A stretch of DNA of 64,000 nt, taken from the IMG/VR virus record IMGVR_UViG_3300036715_000626, positions 124,001-188,000 of that record. One strand, 5' to 3'. Below are positions 30,701 to 39,360 of this stretch, piece after piece. A program made the translations under genes and the position numbers. Numbering within the stretch: position 1 is the stretch's first letter; every line of letters begins with the position of its first letter. The notes beneath the pieces are model-generated. The model saw nothing but the letters and a program-made list of their open reading frames with translations, ran no database searches and was not told the DNA's origin.

Positions 30701-31523
30701 TCATTGTTGTTGCTGTTACAGATAATACTGTGTAAGTCCCATCTAAGACGTGTCTAGGGATGTTTGCAACTGCTACGACAGAACCTAGTAACTCTATTTT
30801 AGACCCTATTGGGAAATTTGTGGGGACGGTTGCATCGGAATCATAAGTGATAGTTGCAACACCTGAAGAAGAATTAGATACGGCAGTGTTAACTTTGTAT
30901 TTGCCATTACCGGCCGCTACATGTAAGTCAAACCCAGCTGCTCTCGTTTTAGCTCCTAACCAAATACAGTTATTAGTTTGATTTGCGACAATGCTACAAT
31001 CTTGTTTAAATACAAGACGTGAGTTCTTAGGCCCGAGTATACCAACACCTTCAATAAGTTTTAACTCAGTGTTGTTTAGTAAGTACATTCGGTTAGTTCG
31101 CAATAACCAAGTTACATGCGGTATTGCCATACACGCAAGGAATACTGCTGTATCATCAGTACCTGTTCTTAGATCCCAGTTATAGTCACCTTGAGCTCCA
31201 AACCATTCAAACTCATAGTGAGCTACTTCAGTTCTTACCCAATAACCACTAGTACCAGCAAACACAATACCATTGTCAACAGTATATCCTGTTGCATACC
31301 AGTTGAATACACCCCCACGAAGAGGGTCTGATACTCTTACCGTTCTAACTGCTGCTGGTACGTTAGTAAAGTTACTAACAGTGGCAATAGTAAAATAAGT
31401 ATTAGCATCAGCAGAACCGGCTATCCCGGTTATACCTGCACCGTTTCCTACTAAATAACCAGCGGTGATAGTACCAGATACTAACATATCGCCGATATAT
31501 CGTATAGCTTTCTTAAGTCCCAT
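27759..31523 (-). CDS. Large tail fibre/tailspike (1254 aa)
   Basis: VSDPLRGG module, EWFGAQGD...TDDTAVF, beta-helix body, T/V-rich inserted domains and a phage-fibre-type C-terminal domain. Confidence 0.85.
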   Translation of the reverse strand: MGLKKAIRYIGDMLVSGTITAGYLVGNGAGITGIAGSADANTYFTIATVSNFTNVPAAVRTVRVSDPLRGGVFNWYATGYTVDNGIVFAGTSGYWVRTEVAHYEFEWFGAQGDYNWDLRTGTDDTAVFLACMAIPHVTWLLRTNRMYLLNNTELKLIEGVGILGPKNSRLVFKQDCSIVANQTNNCIWLGAKTRAAGFDLHVAAGNGKYKVNTAVSNSSSGVATITYDSDATVPTNFPIGSKIELLGSVVAVANIPRHVLDGTYTVLSVTATTMTVQTNIMTAYTATIMGRTISNVDRFFGSGLYINSEWNEFTRGDGSTLAGGDYDGRPLWLPWSHWFGGRDQHAEDIGISTSIFSNFTNNCVSGGSAVRVHSTGKGFDPWGFSFDNIRVNGEWYIGGHLKVEQLYADIDSRIANGTNKGTWNAQTNTPAITSGVGTMGDYYLITTAGHSSIDGNTFWTQNYYIYFDGLKWIYIGLTIAPWITTSIMNDWQMEDVLFGFVSECTNPGGAVTNIPQGCNGIVQNCSHQSSTYTMYFAKVVGTSALDLESCLPWDWNGPVSNKNYAYCLQSNSLGIPSIDIGNPQASYEIEKVNLDYTSAEKSSVQDLHNRNLILTLDSTGIVAFDGLHYYIKPSGTNGIMTYRDFYNLLEGEYVIDGTIRTAMRLSSIYGDSYSGGLLTVRTGAQGRRFFEVTGRSFGYSGTAGVPKGNPTYLIAACDSSMSSSVMGGTYADTEIPYDFWRTSEGYGANDLSFTNNDRRSISPFAGYQFMSKTVPNKPVWFDGSDYRFFDGNYETIKDVFATTDDLGASSRLAGAASTLQGYSGSLYVSCTHNTSNYNVTVPDTSGFIVGSPILLATLFAPAGSTIASITNATTFVMTPLPDIVTTSVVGAANTGVVTATFAAQTYIPYKVNSSITVSGLTPASMNGTFVVTGCTTTTVTWNGGNNIATTATVQGTISFVRTSGTADTSFDQAIPKKLTTSSGSPIVTVASTADLKVGASVNTTTTSFPSGTTILSIQSATQYTMSANSLATVTNEVTLFNQSVVALLVDGFNPAYKERIIVKNQINLGGLAMASKDLYNGLYMMTQVGTTKIPWVLTRDVTMQVDATPFTALIQCTKGTVNKGITFKPKWAAGNSLNSGASSQMPWEILGDVKYDMTLATVTQTTLVQVAITSHRTMFVELQVSDDSGNYYSINIKAIHNGATVTYVPSNEILIGTALCTYTVDISGGYMRLRVTSASAANTYYKYSMNALRV

Positions 31524-31536
31524 AATAATTCCTTTC

Positions 31537-34500
31537 TTATACTTCTATAAGTGTTGCAGTGTATTTAAACACTGTGCTGTTAGCTGTTGCTGGTGTAAGA
31601 AGTATTCTTACATTACCACTACTTATATCAGTAGATACGGTAAATTGATCTGTGCCAATTACCAATGAAGCTAATTCAATATGATTAGGAGTCGTGCCAT
31701 CATGATTAACCAATATTTCGGTATCATGATAGTTAGTACCCTGTGTTGCTTGAATTGTCATACGAACAGACCGATAGGTTGCAATAGGAAAAGTAGCCAA
31801 CACCTGGTTAGCTGTAACCGAAGTAGTTGTTAATGATCCTTTACAAGTACCGATATCCCAAGTTGCACCATTCCATGTTATACTGCAACCTAGTGTGGTA
31901 TCGTAATAACGTTGGTTAATTTTAAGATTAGTAGCTGGTCGTTGAGCGGTAGTTCCAGAGGTTAACGCATCTGCTGGAGTTCCCAATTCATCACTATTAA
32001 TCCATATACTACCATTCCAGATAATATTTCTTCCAAGTGTTGTGTCGAAATAAGGTTGACCAACTACCATAAAGGTGTGTGCTGGGCGTTGCGCTGTGGT
32101 TCCTGAAAATAACTGTTCTACTAATGATTCGTTAATAACTAAATAACCATTTTCATCGACGTATCCAGCACCCACTCTTCTATATACTTCTCTAGGTGTC
32201 GATAAATCAGATATCCATATATCATCACCATTCTGGTATACATCTTTTCCATAAGTTAGGTTTGCTTTAGTAGATAATCTACTAGCTAATGCATATCTAC
32301 CAGAACTATCTTTCCAGAATGTTCTAGATATCTCTTTATCGGCAAATACTGATGATTCAATATTAGCTAATGAATAACCTAAACAAGCAAATAATACACC
32401 AGTTCTCGCACCACCAGCATATCGGTCAAGTACTAATCTAGTAGGTGTTCCGGATGTAACAGTTACTGACGTACTAGATACATATGTATATGTATTAGCA
32501 TCAACTACTGTGATATATTTATCCATTTCTTCAACTACGTTGTCTAGATTAGTATCAAAACTTAATATTTTACCAGTGCTGTAACCATGAGCAGTATGTG
32601 TAACTGTGGCTGTTGTTCCTGATTGTGCATAAGTAGCACTATTAATAACAGTAGGAATAGATTGTGTTACAGGGGTATATCGTAAAAATTTAATACCATC
32701 ATAACCTTCCCAGACATCTAAATAACCAGGTTCTGCTGGTGTATTAGGATTCCGCATTTGTAAACTGGTAGTAACATTACTATCATTAGCGATATAATAA
32801 CGTCCGTTAACCAAACGAGCAATATCTCTATAGGTCCATTTACCAACACTGTTAGCAAGTTTAGAAGAACCTTTTGTAGGTAATGTATTTTGAATTAGTG
32901 TAGTCTCTTGTCCAAATACAGATGGGTTAACAGCACCTAAAGTAATCTGTTTACGTATTTCAGAATTTGCTTTAATCAACATTCTAACAGTACCATTAGT
33001 GGTAGATGATGATGCTGCTACATATGTAAAGTTATTAGCATCAACAACACTAGCTATAGTATATTGACCATCGTAACCTGAACCAGTATTATATTTAAGC
33101 CATACATAATCGCCTACAGATTTACCATGATTAGGTATATTTACATTAACTGTTGTAGTACCAGTCATAGTATAAGTACCAGAAACATACTCACCACGAA
33201 TATCAATGTTACCATCAATAGAGTCTAGGTCTGTAAATTGAGCACCACTAAAGTTAGTAGTTTGGTTAATAGCATAACCTTCATTCCCGATAGAATAAGG
33301 TTTATAGGTAGTTCCGGTAGCAGGATTACAGTTAGCTGTGTTCGCCCAGTCCCAAGGAGTACAGTTAATAAGTCTTGGATTGTGAGAACTCATGCCATAG
33401 AAGAATACTTCTGATCTCCAGCGAGTCATAGTTGTATTGACACCTGAAGCCGTAACTAACGCAGGTTGATCAAAAGTTACTGTGGTACCATTTATATTAG
33501 TAATTTTACTACCAAATATAAATTGTGTCGTAGTAGTAGCTACCATATGACCGATAGCTAACCCACTAACCGATGCAAATGTAGCATCGTATGAACCAGC
33601 AGTAGTTGTAACAGAATATGTAGTACCAATAGTATCATTAACTGCTTGCGCCCATATATTAGTATACGTTGTTTTAGCGATCTCACCACCGAGTTGTGAC
33701 GTGATAGTTTTACCACCTGTATTTCTGTGGATTTCTCTAATAATATTTTTAGAAGATGCTACTGTGAAATCTTCAAAGTTACCAGAGTTAATCCAAGAAT
33801 AATGCGATGTAGTGTCACTATCTGGATACATCTGATCAGCGATAGTAGAAATAGTCCAGTCCCATTTACCAGAAACATGGATTTCTCTAAATAAGTGTCC
33901 CCACGGGGAAGTACCTTTACCAGTAGCGATACAAGTAATAGCCGAGGCACCATTAGAGACTCCGTTATTATTCCACGATGAACCAAGAGATATTCCATTA
34001 TCTGCTAAGATAATAGATACTTTACTTACTTTAGGTCTACGTGTCATGTCACCATAAGCATAGCCATTCGAATCAATTCCACCAGAAGATAATACATAGG
34101 ATTCATATTGAGCATAGGTATTATATTCACTATTGTACATAATACCAGAACCTGCAAAGGTAGTATTGTGTATTCCTAAACGGATACCATCTATGATACA
34201 AGGACCTGCTACCCATAAACCAGATTTAGTAGAACCAGCTGTTGAGTAAGTAATATCCATTACAGCACTACCGTCACTTTGTAGTTTACAGGTAGACGGA
34301 ACTTTAAATTCGATATCTGTAAATTTATAAGTTGTATTATGTGTTAAAATCAAAGATTTCAAAGTACCGCGCCAACGCATATATGCATTGTTATAATCAG
34401 TAGTTTCCGTAGAGTGTCTAAACCACTCTAACTTACAGTATGTATCACCATAATCACGTTTAAGATATGTGTTAGATAAACCGGCAAATATAGTACCATC

Positions 34501-35400
34501 GTCAGTATAGAATTTAACATAACCACATTCAGTAGATGATACATCAGAAGTAACTATCAAATCATAGGTACCTGCTACAACACTACCAGAAGAAGTATAC
34601 GTTACAGAGTTAACATCACACGCGGTAACGGTAACAGTACCGTTGTATCCAGTTTTAGCAGTAACTGTGATAGATTGCCCGACGGTAAATGGTGCTTCTG
34701 CTTGGGTAATACCAAATGTTGCCACAACAGGTTTTGCGCTTCCAGAAGTAGCTACATAAACACGACTAAAACGAATATAACGACACACTTCAGCAGTTGA
34801 AGTACGTTTAAACGTACCACCACGTAATGGGTCTGAAACAATTATGTTATTATATGTTACAGGTACAGTTGCGAGATCATCTACGGTAGCAACGATATAT
34901 GGAGCTGGTAATGTGATATCTGCAGTATCGTCAAATAGAGTACCGTGAATATGAAAAGCGGCAAAAGCACTCCCGCTACCGCCACTGATAACTATATTAC
35001 CAGGACCAATAATAGAGTTATTATTAATAGTTTTTAAGTTACTAAATAATGTATCTATTTGACTTGTCGAATAAGCACCAATTTGCGCTGGCGTATGTGT
35101 ATGATCGCTAGCAGCTTTATTAGCTAAAGCAGTAGCTAATCCTGCGATATTGCTAATAGATAATGTATCTAAAGTAGTTTTATTTAAAACGATATAATCT
35201 ACTATCTCTTGAAGTGTGTCAAGATTAACATTATTACTACCTACGAGTGTGATTAAGTTATCAATGTACCCTTTAAGTAACTTACCTTGATTAGCGCTAA
35301 GTGCTTTACTAGTAGCAGTAGATGTTAAGTTATCTATAATATCACTTATGGTCATTCCACCAGAAAGCGTTCCTGGTACTCTTAGTGAACCGAATGGCAT
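31537..35400 (-). CDS. Large tail fibre/tailspike (1287 aa), paralog of 27759-31523
   Basis: IIDNLTST...ALSANQGKLL, VSDPLRGG and GTTAQRP repeats; C-terminal YRSVRMTIQ...ISSGNVRILLTP domain. Confidence 0.85.
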   Translation of the reverse strand: MPFGSLRVPGTLSGGMTISDIIDNLTSTATSKALSANQGKLLKGYIDNLITLVGSNNVNLDTLQEIVDYIVLNKTTLDTLSISNIAGLATALANKAASDHTHTPAQIGAYSTSQIDTLFSNLKTINNNSIIGPGNIVISGGSGSAFAAFHIHGTLFDDTADITLPAPYIVATVDDLATVPVTYNNIIVSDPLRGGTFKRTSTAEVCRYIRFSRVYVATSGSAKPVVATFGITQAEAPFTVGQSITVTAKTGYNGTVTVTACDVNSVTYTSSGSVVAGTYDLIVTSDVSSTECGYVKFYTDDGTIFAGLSNTYLKRDYGDTYCKLEWFRHSTETTDYNNAYMRWRGTLKSLILTHNTTYKFTDIEFKVPSTCKLQSDGSAVMDITYSTAGSTKSGLWVAGPCIIDGIRLGIHNTTFAGSGIMYNSEYNTYAQYESYVLSSGGIDSNGYAYGDMTRRPKVSKVSIILADNGISLGSSWNNNGVSNGASAITCIATGKGTSPWGHLFREIHVSGKWDWTISTIADQMYPDSDTTSHYSWINSGNFEDFTVASSKNIIREIHRNTGGKTITSQLGGEIAKTTYTNIWAQAVNDTIGTTYSVTTTAGSYDATFASVSGLAIGHMVATTTTQFIFGSKITNINGTTVTFDQPALVTASGVNTTMTRWRSEVFFYGMSSHNPRLINCTPWDWANTANCNPATGTTYKPYSIGNEGYAINQTTNFSGAQFTDLDSIDGNIDIRGEYVSGTYTMTGTTTVNVNIPNHGKSVGDYVWLKYNTGSGYDGQYTIASVVDANNFTYVAASSSTTNGTVRMLIKANSEIRKQITLGAVNPSVFGQETTLIQNTLPTKGSSKLANSVGKWTYRDIARLVNGRYYIANDSNVTTSLQMRNPNTPAEPGYLDVWEGYDGIKFLRYTPVTQSIPTVINSATYAQSGTTATVTHTAHGYSTGKILSFDTNLDNVVEEMDKYITVVDANTYTYVSSTSVTVTSGTPTRLVLDRYAGGARTGVLFACLGYSLANIESSVFADKEISRTFWKDSSGRYALASRLSTKANLTYGKDVYQNGDDIWISDLSTPREVYRRVGAGYVDENGYLVINESLVEQLFSGTTAQRPAHTFMVVGQPYFDTTLGRNIIWNGSIWINSDELGTPADALTSGTTAQRPATNLKINQRYYDTTLGCSITWNGATWDIGTCKGSLTTTSVTANQVLATFPIATYRSVRMTIQATQGTNYHDTEILVNHDGTTPNHIELASLVIGTDQFTVSTDISSGNVRILLTPATANSTVFKYTATLIEV

Positions 35401-35401
35401 A

Positions 35402-35668
35402 TCATACCTCCTCGCACCAGATCACATCAATAACATAATCACTATCAGACCAAACCCATGTTGGTAGGTGTCCTCCGTACTCAATATAGGTACTGTTACT
35501 TAGCGGAAACCCAAAAGTAGGTTGCGTCGTGCTATGTGCATACCGTGCACCTTGAAAAAATTCTACTCCTTTAACAGACTGACCTTCCACACCAAACTTA
35601 ACTTCTACTGATCCATCTGATATTTGGAATGGTACATTCCCGACATCTAATTCACGTTTCATACCCAT
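35402..35668 (-). CDS. Small tail-associated hypothetical protein
   Basis: 88-aa first gene of the tail-fibre operon. Confidence 0.65.
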   Translation of the reverse strand: MGMKRELDVGNVPFQISDGSVEVKFGVEGQSVKGVEFFQGARYAHSTTQPTFGFPLSNSTYIEYGGHLPTWVWSDSDYVIDVIWCEEV

Positions 35669-35777
35669 AATATATCCTTTGCATAAGTTAACATTTATCG
35701 CTAAATGTTACTATAAATTTAAACGATTAACTTCATGTAAATATCGAAAATCCCTGATAGGAAGAAAAAAATAACTT

Positions 35778-35806
35778 AGACTACAGAGCTTATAGCTCTG
35801 TAGTCT
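35778..35806. terminator. Hairpin (13-bp stem, 3-nt loop)
   Basis: AGACTACAGAGCT-TAT-AGCTCTGTAGTCT. Confidence 0.7.
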
Positions 35807-35816
35807 TAAGGTATAA

Positions 35817-36389
35817 TTAACAATCGATTTGTTCAACAACAACACCTAACCTACGAAGTTTATCAATACCTTTAGTATTAGTATAATCATGCTTGTAAAC
35901 CACTCTACTTATTTTAGATTGAATAAGTGCGTTAGCGCATTTTATACAAGGTGCTAACGTTACATAGATAGTTCCTCCTCTAGCAGCTATACCGTTAGCA
36001 GCACAATCTGATAGTAAATTAATTTCAGCATGTATAATGGCATCATCATCACCATGTTTTTCTATAACGATAACTGGAATAGGCACATCATCCGGATATA
36101 CAGTTTTGGTGCCACATATGTATTTATTATGCTCGTTTGCGTCATCAAAGGCTTCAAATTCCATACCGCAATGACTGCATACATAGTAATCTTTTTCACA
36201 ACAGTTATTATCACCAGCAACAGTTCCATTTCGTGAGCTGGCTCTCTCACGCTCATCTACCACTAATACACAACCAACTTTAGCGTTAACACAAGTTGAT
36301 TCTTCAGCCCATTTCACAGCTGATCTCATAAAGATATAATCATCTTTAGTAAAGTCAACATCATTCATTCTTTCCTCAAACACACCCAT
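35817..36389 (-). CDS. dCMP deaminase (ComEB/T4 cd-like) with an inserted zinc finger
   Basis: KVGCVLV, NGT, HAEINLL and TLAPCIKCANALIQSKI motifs. Confidence 0.9.
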   Translation of the reverse strand: MGVFEERMNDVDFTKDDYIFMRSAVKWAEESTCVNAKVGCVLVVDERERASSRNGTVAGDNNCCEKDYYVCSHCGMEFEAFDDANEHNKYICGTKTVYPDDVPIPVIVIEKHGDDDAIIHAEINLLSDCAANGIAARGGTIYVTLAPCIKCANALIQSKISRVVYKHDYTNTKGIDKLRRLGVVVEQIDC

Positions 36390-36398
36390 AGTATTTCC

Positions 36399-36764
36399 TT
36401 AATTAGATACAAATTGTGTATATTTAAGACTAACATCACAGTCAAAACGTTTTTTAGCTGTGATTATATTATCAACATCCATAGGATATAACCCAAACAC
36501 ATAAGGTATACACTCACCCGGTCTGAAAACGTACGGTGTGTCTTTATTATCATCAGTATGCCCGATAATACGTAACCGGCTTGGTTCGGTATTAAAATTA
36601 AGATTCTTCATCACCAACTTATCGATAATTGGTAAGTATTCTGATGGGATTTGTTCTCTTAAACGAATCATATCATTGGTATCGTTAATTACGATATCAA
36701 TATCCTCTTTTACCAGTAACACAATTGTTATTCCAGAAACATTACGAAAAGTATTTTTTGTCAT
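36399..36764 (-). CDS. Hypothetical protein
   Basis: 121-aa ORF with AAAGG SD. Confidence 0.65.
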   Translation of the reverse strand: MTKNTFRNVSGITIVLLVKEDIDIVINDTNDMIRLREQIPSEYLPIIDKLVMKNLNFNTEPSRLRIIGHTDDNKDTPYVFRPGECIPYVFGLYPMDVDNIITAKKRFDCDVSLKYTQFVSN

Positions 36765-36799
36765 GAGAGACCTTTCTTTATTATTAGATATTTAACGTA

Positions 36800-36833
36800 C
36801 TAACACACATATCATACATGATATGTGTGTTAG
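36800..36833. terminator. Palindrome (16-bp arms, 2-nt spacer)
   Basis: CTAACACACATATCAT-AC-ATGATATGTGTGTTAG. Confidence 0.7.
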
Positions 36834-37060
36834 ATTATTCGTGCTTTACCAGCATCGACAAGATTGTTCACAGGTATAAAAATAGTACCCGACATAGTTT
36901 TACTAATTCCGAAACACGGAAACGAATCTTTATCATTTCCGATGTCAAAAGAGTCACCTTTTTTAAGGGCAACTTTAAATCCATCTTCAGCAGTACTGTC
37001 AAGGGGGTACATATCAATATCCTGAGTTAACACTACTTTAGGTGGTGCTTTTTCAGTCAT
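36830..37060 (-). CDS. Hypothetical protein
   Basis: 76-aa ORF, ATGA-coupled to the upstream gene. Confidence 0.65.
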   Translation of the reverse strand: MTEKAPPKVVLTQDIDMYPLDSTAEDGFKVALKKGDSFDIGNDKDSFPCFGISKTMSGTIFIPVNNLVDAGKARII

Positions 37061-38211
37061 CGCAGTTCCTTATATTTAGTCTCAAGGTCATGTAATAGGG
37101 CTTTGTCACCTTTTCTACGTTTGAGCTGTTTAATTTGTCGTTTAAGATCCGCTCTTTCGAGCATACGTCTTTTATCTTCTTCTGACTGAGTTGGTGGTTC
37201 GTTACGAAGTGATGATTTTAAACCATCAAATGGGTTAGGCAACACAGGACAATCCGTACTACCCGTCATGGCTATTAAACTAGCCAACATCATATTAGCC
37301 GCTCTACCTCGTCCGGTATTAAGCTGATTAGTAGCAGAAAAATATTCCGAAGTTTCAGGTATATCATCCATAAAACCAGTGGTGTCGTATCGAATTGCCT
37401 CGCCGCCACAGCTATCAAAGTCAGTACCTAACCCTCTTAAAGCTTGAAGCATTTGCTCTGGTTCATACTGAGCTTGTTCGCCTCTCACTATGTGAGTTCC
37501 GGAAGAATGATGACCTACCATATTACCACCTGCGTCGTGATGCTCGATCGCAACCGCAGACATATCTAGAGTCGGTCTGTTCGCCATAATTCTTTTAAAT
37601 AAAATATTCATGGAGAGTTTCATCTCATCTGCTAGTTCAGGTGTATCGAACAATCCGTCAGCATCAAGACCAAATACATCTAGTGTATTTAACCAATTAG
37701 GATTTTCATCTTTATATGCTTGTATTTTTTCTTCTACCAAACCTATGGTAAACTCTTCATTTACTGGAGGTATATTGTCAGAATTAAAAGAAATAACTCC
37801 GGTATCACTAGGTAGTTCAAAATAAGGATTATAACCATAGCCATGTGGCTTGGTATCATCTTTAAAAAGAACATCCATTGGTTTGTGGTCGTATGGTGTT
37901 ATAGCGTTGTACCTACTGTAAGAGGCTATTTTATGTTCATCCACCGCGGCGTAAGTTTTATCAAATTCATTATGAAACTGACCTGTATTACATTCTGAAC
38001 AAAGCATAAGAATATCCGTAGGGGGTTTAATACCGTTAGGAAAATTACGCAAAGTCTCTTTTGTTAAATGTGTACCAAGGTTAACTTCATCACCATATCC
38101 TTGCATTTCCATCATATGCATGTTAGGATAACTTGGATCGGTACCAGCACCTATATCAGCACAAGCGGTATTCTCAATACACCGACAATTTTCACATACG
38201 AATAAACTCAC
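37057..38211 (-). CDS. Hypothetical protein with Cys-rich N-terminal domain
   Basis: CENCRC..C and CSEC..G.FH motifs; basic helical C-terminus. Confidence 0.7.
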   Translation of the reverse strand: MSLFVCENCRCIENTACADIGAGTDPSYPNMHMMEMQGYGDEVNLGTHLTKETLRNFPNGIKPPTDILMLCSECNTGQFHNEFDKTYAAVDEHKIASYSRYNAITPYDHKPMDVLFKDDTKPHGYGYNPYFELPSDTGVISFNSDNIPPVNEEFTIGLVEEKIQAYKDENPNWLNTLDVFGLDADGLFDTPELADEMKLSMNILFKRIMANRPTLDMSAVAIEHHDAGGNMVGHHSSGTHIVRGEQAQYEPEQMLQALRGLGTDFDSCGGEAIRYDTTGFMDDIPETSEYFSATNQLNTGRGRAANMMLASLIAMTGSTDCPVLPNPFDGLKSSLRNEPPTQSEEDKRRMLERADLKRQIKQLKRRKGDKALLHDLETKYKELR

Positions 38212-38573
38212 TATTGCTCCTCTTTCATCTTTAGAATATTTATGTTTTCTCTGCCATATCTAAAGAAAGATTCACCAAGCATATTAAAAGCTAAATATAG
38301 CCTAGCCTGATTTTGATCATCGGCCTTGTAAAATAAGTCCAATACGGCGGTATCAAAACTATTTAAGTTACGTTCTTTATAAGCAATCATTAACTCTTTC
38401 AGTTTAACAACGTCGTAGTTACTAAAATTAGCTCTGCGGTGAAAAATTGCGGTAACAACAATTATATCAATATCAGAGGGAGTTTTATCAAAACCATCAT
38501 GATCTATAGCATCCTGAATCAAGGCTAGGCCAGCTTTGCTAAATATACTTTCTACATTTACTGTATTGTTCAC
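38211..38573 (-). CDS. Hypothetical protein
   Basis: 120-aa translationally coupled ORF. Confidence 0.65.
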   Translation of the reverse strand: MNNTVNVESIFSKAGLALIQDAIDHDGFDKTPSDIDIIVVTAIFHRRANFSNYDVVKLKELMIAYKERNLNSFDTAVLDLFYKADDQNQARLYLAFNMLGESFFRYGRENINILKMKEEQ

Positions 38574-38995
38574 TATTCCTCCTTTTTATAGTTTTTGTCA
38601 AACGCGTACCAACCATCATCACCAGGTATTTTTATACCCATAATACTGCAATCCGGATAAGTAAAGTCGGTTAAATACGCGCCATCTTTATCAACGTATA
38701 TGAATACAGGCATGTTATCGATAATGCGTATATCTACATACGCCACAGTTGATTTGTTAAGTAACAGTACATGATTGCTAAAAATAGGGTTTCCGCCCAT
38801 ATCAACACAGTTTGTAGGGAAACCAACATCTTGTAATAGAGATGTCTCTATAAATATATGATTCTGTGTACAGAATGTTATGTTTGGAACAAAAATATAT
38901 GCTGGGTCCGAATACCCGGCCTTAATTTTTACATGACCTTCTAACGCAGATTGGTTAGCTTTATTATTATGCTGCGACATTGTTTTCCTTAACAC
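38573..38995 (-). CDS. Hypothetical protein
   Basis: 140-aa coupled ORF; the start may be the internal MSQ. Confidence 0.65.
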   Translation of the reverse strand: MLRKTMSQHNNKANQSALEGHVKIKAGYSDPAYIFVPNITFCTQNHIFIETSLLQDVGFPTNCVDMGGNPIFSNHVLLLNKSTVAYVDIRIIDNMPVFIYVDKDGAYLTDFTYPDCSIMGIKIPGDDGWYAFDKNYKKEE

Positions 38996-39308
38996 TAAGA
39001 TATTTAGCCAACTGATTGAATTCTTCGTAACTAATAGCTAACTTTACAGTAGCTTTACCCAAGTGAGTTATTTTTATTAACTCGTTATCAAGTAGATATT
39101 TCATAACTAACTCACACTCAGTAACACTACTTGTGAGTACTTGAGCTCGTTTAGTTACATACACAGTAAGTTCTTCTGGTAACACCATAGACTTGTTAGT
39201 AGCCAGTATTTTACCAAATGCATCCAAACGGCGTTTATCTAACTTGGAAAGTCCAGTAGCAAACTGAACAACTAATTTACCGATAATCTTTTCAATGTTA
39301 GAATTCAT
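38967..39308 (-). CDS. Hypothetical protein
   Basis: 113-aa ORF with AAGGG SD. Confidence 0.65.
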   Translation of the reverse strand: MNSNIEKIIGKLVVQFATGLSKLDKRRLDAFGKILATNKSMVLPEELTVYVTKRAQVLTSSVTECELVMKYLLDNELIKITHLGKATVKLAISYEEFNQLAKYLSVKENNVAA

Positions 39309-39360
39309 TATTTCCCTTTAACTATTTTATACCGTCTTATGACGTTATTGATATCGTTAG

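Noticed and set aside
26149-35400. DGR or invertible (shufflon-like) tail-fibre switching
   Set aside because: No reverse transcriptase, invertase, adenine-specific TR/VR pair or flanking inverted crossover sites seen in the window; elements elsewhere in the genome cannot be excluded.
21335-35685. phiKZ-type late promoter TATG (e.g. 21335-21338, 35682-35685 on the minus strand)
   Set aside because: A 4-mer in AT-rich DNA is too frequent to call without start-site data, and it is missing upstream of several structural genes.
35669-35816. Possible ncRNA or tRNA in longer intergenic gaps (also 41467-41607 and 49550-49670)
   Set aside because: Only a weak AT-rich 9-bp hairpin (35689-35710) was found; no cloverleaf, T-loop or riboswitch features were recognised.
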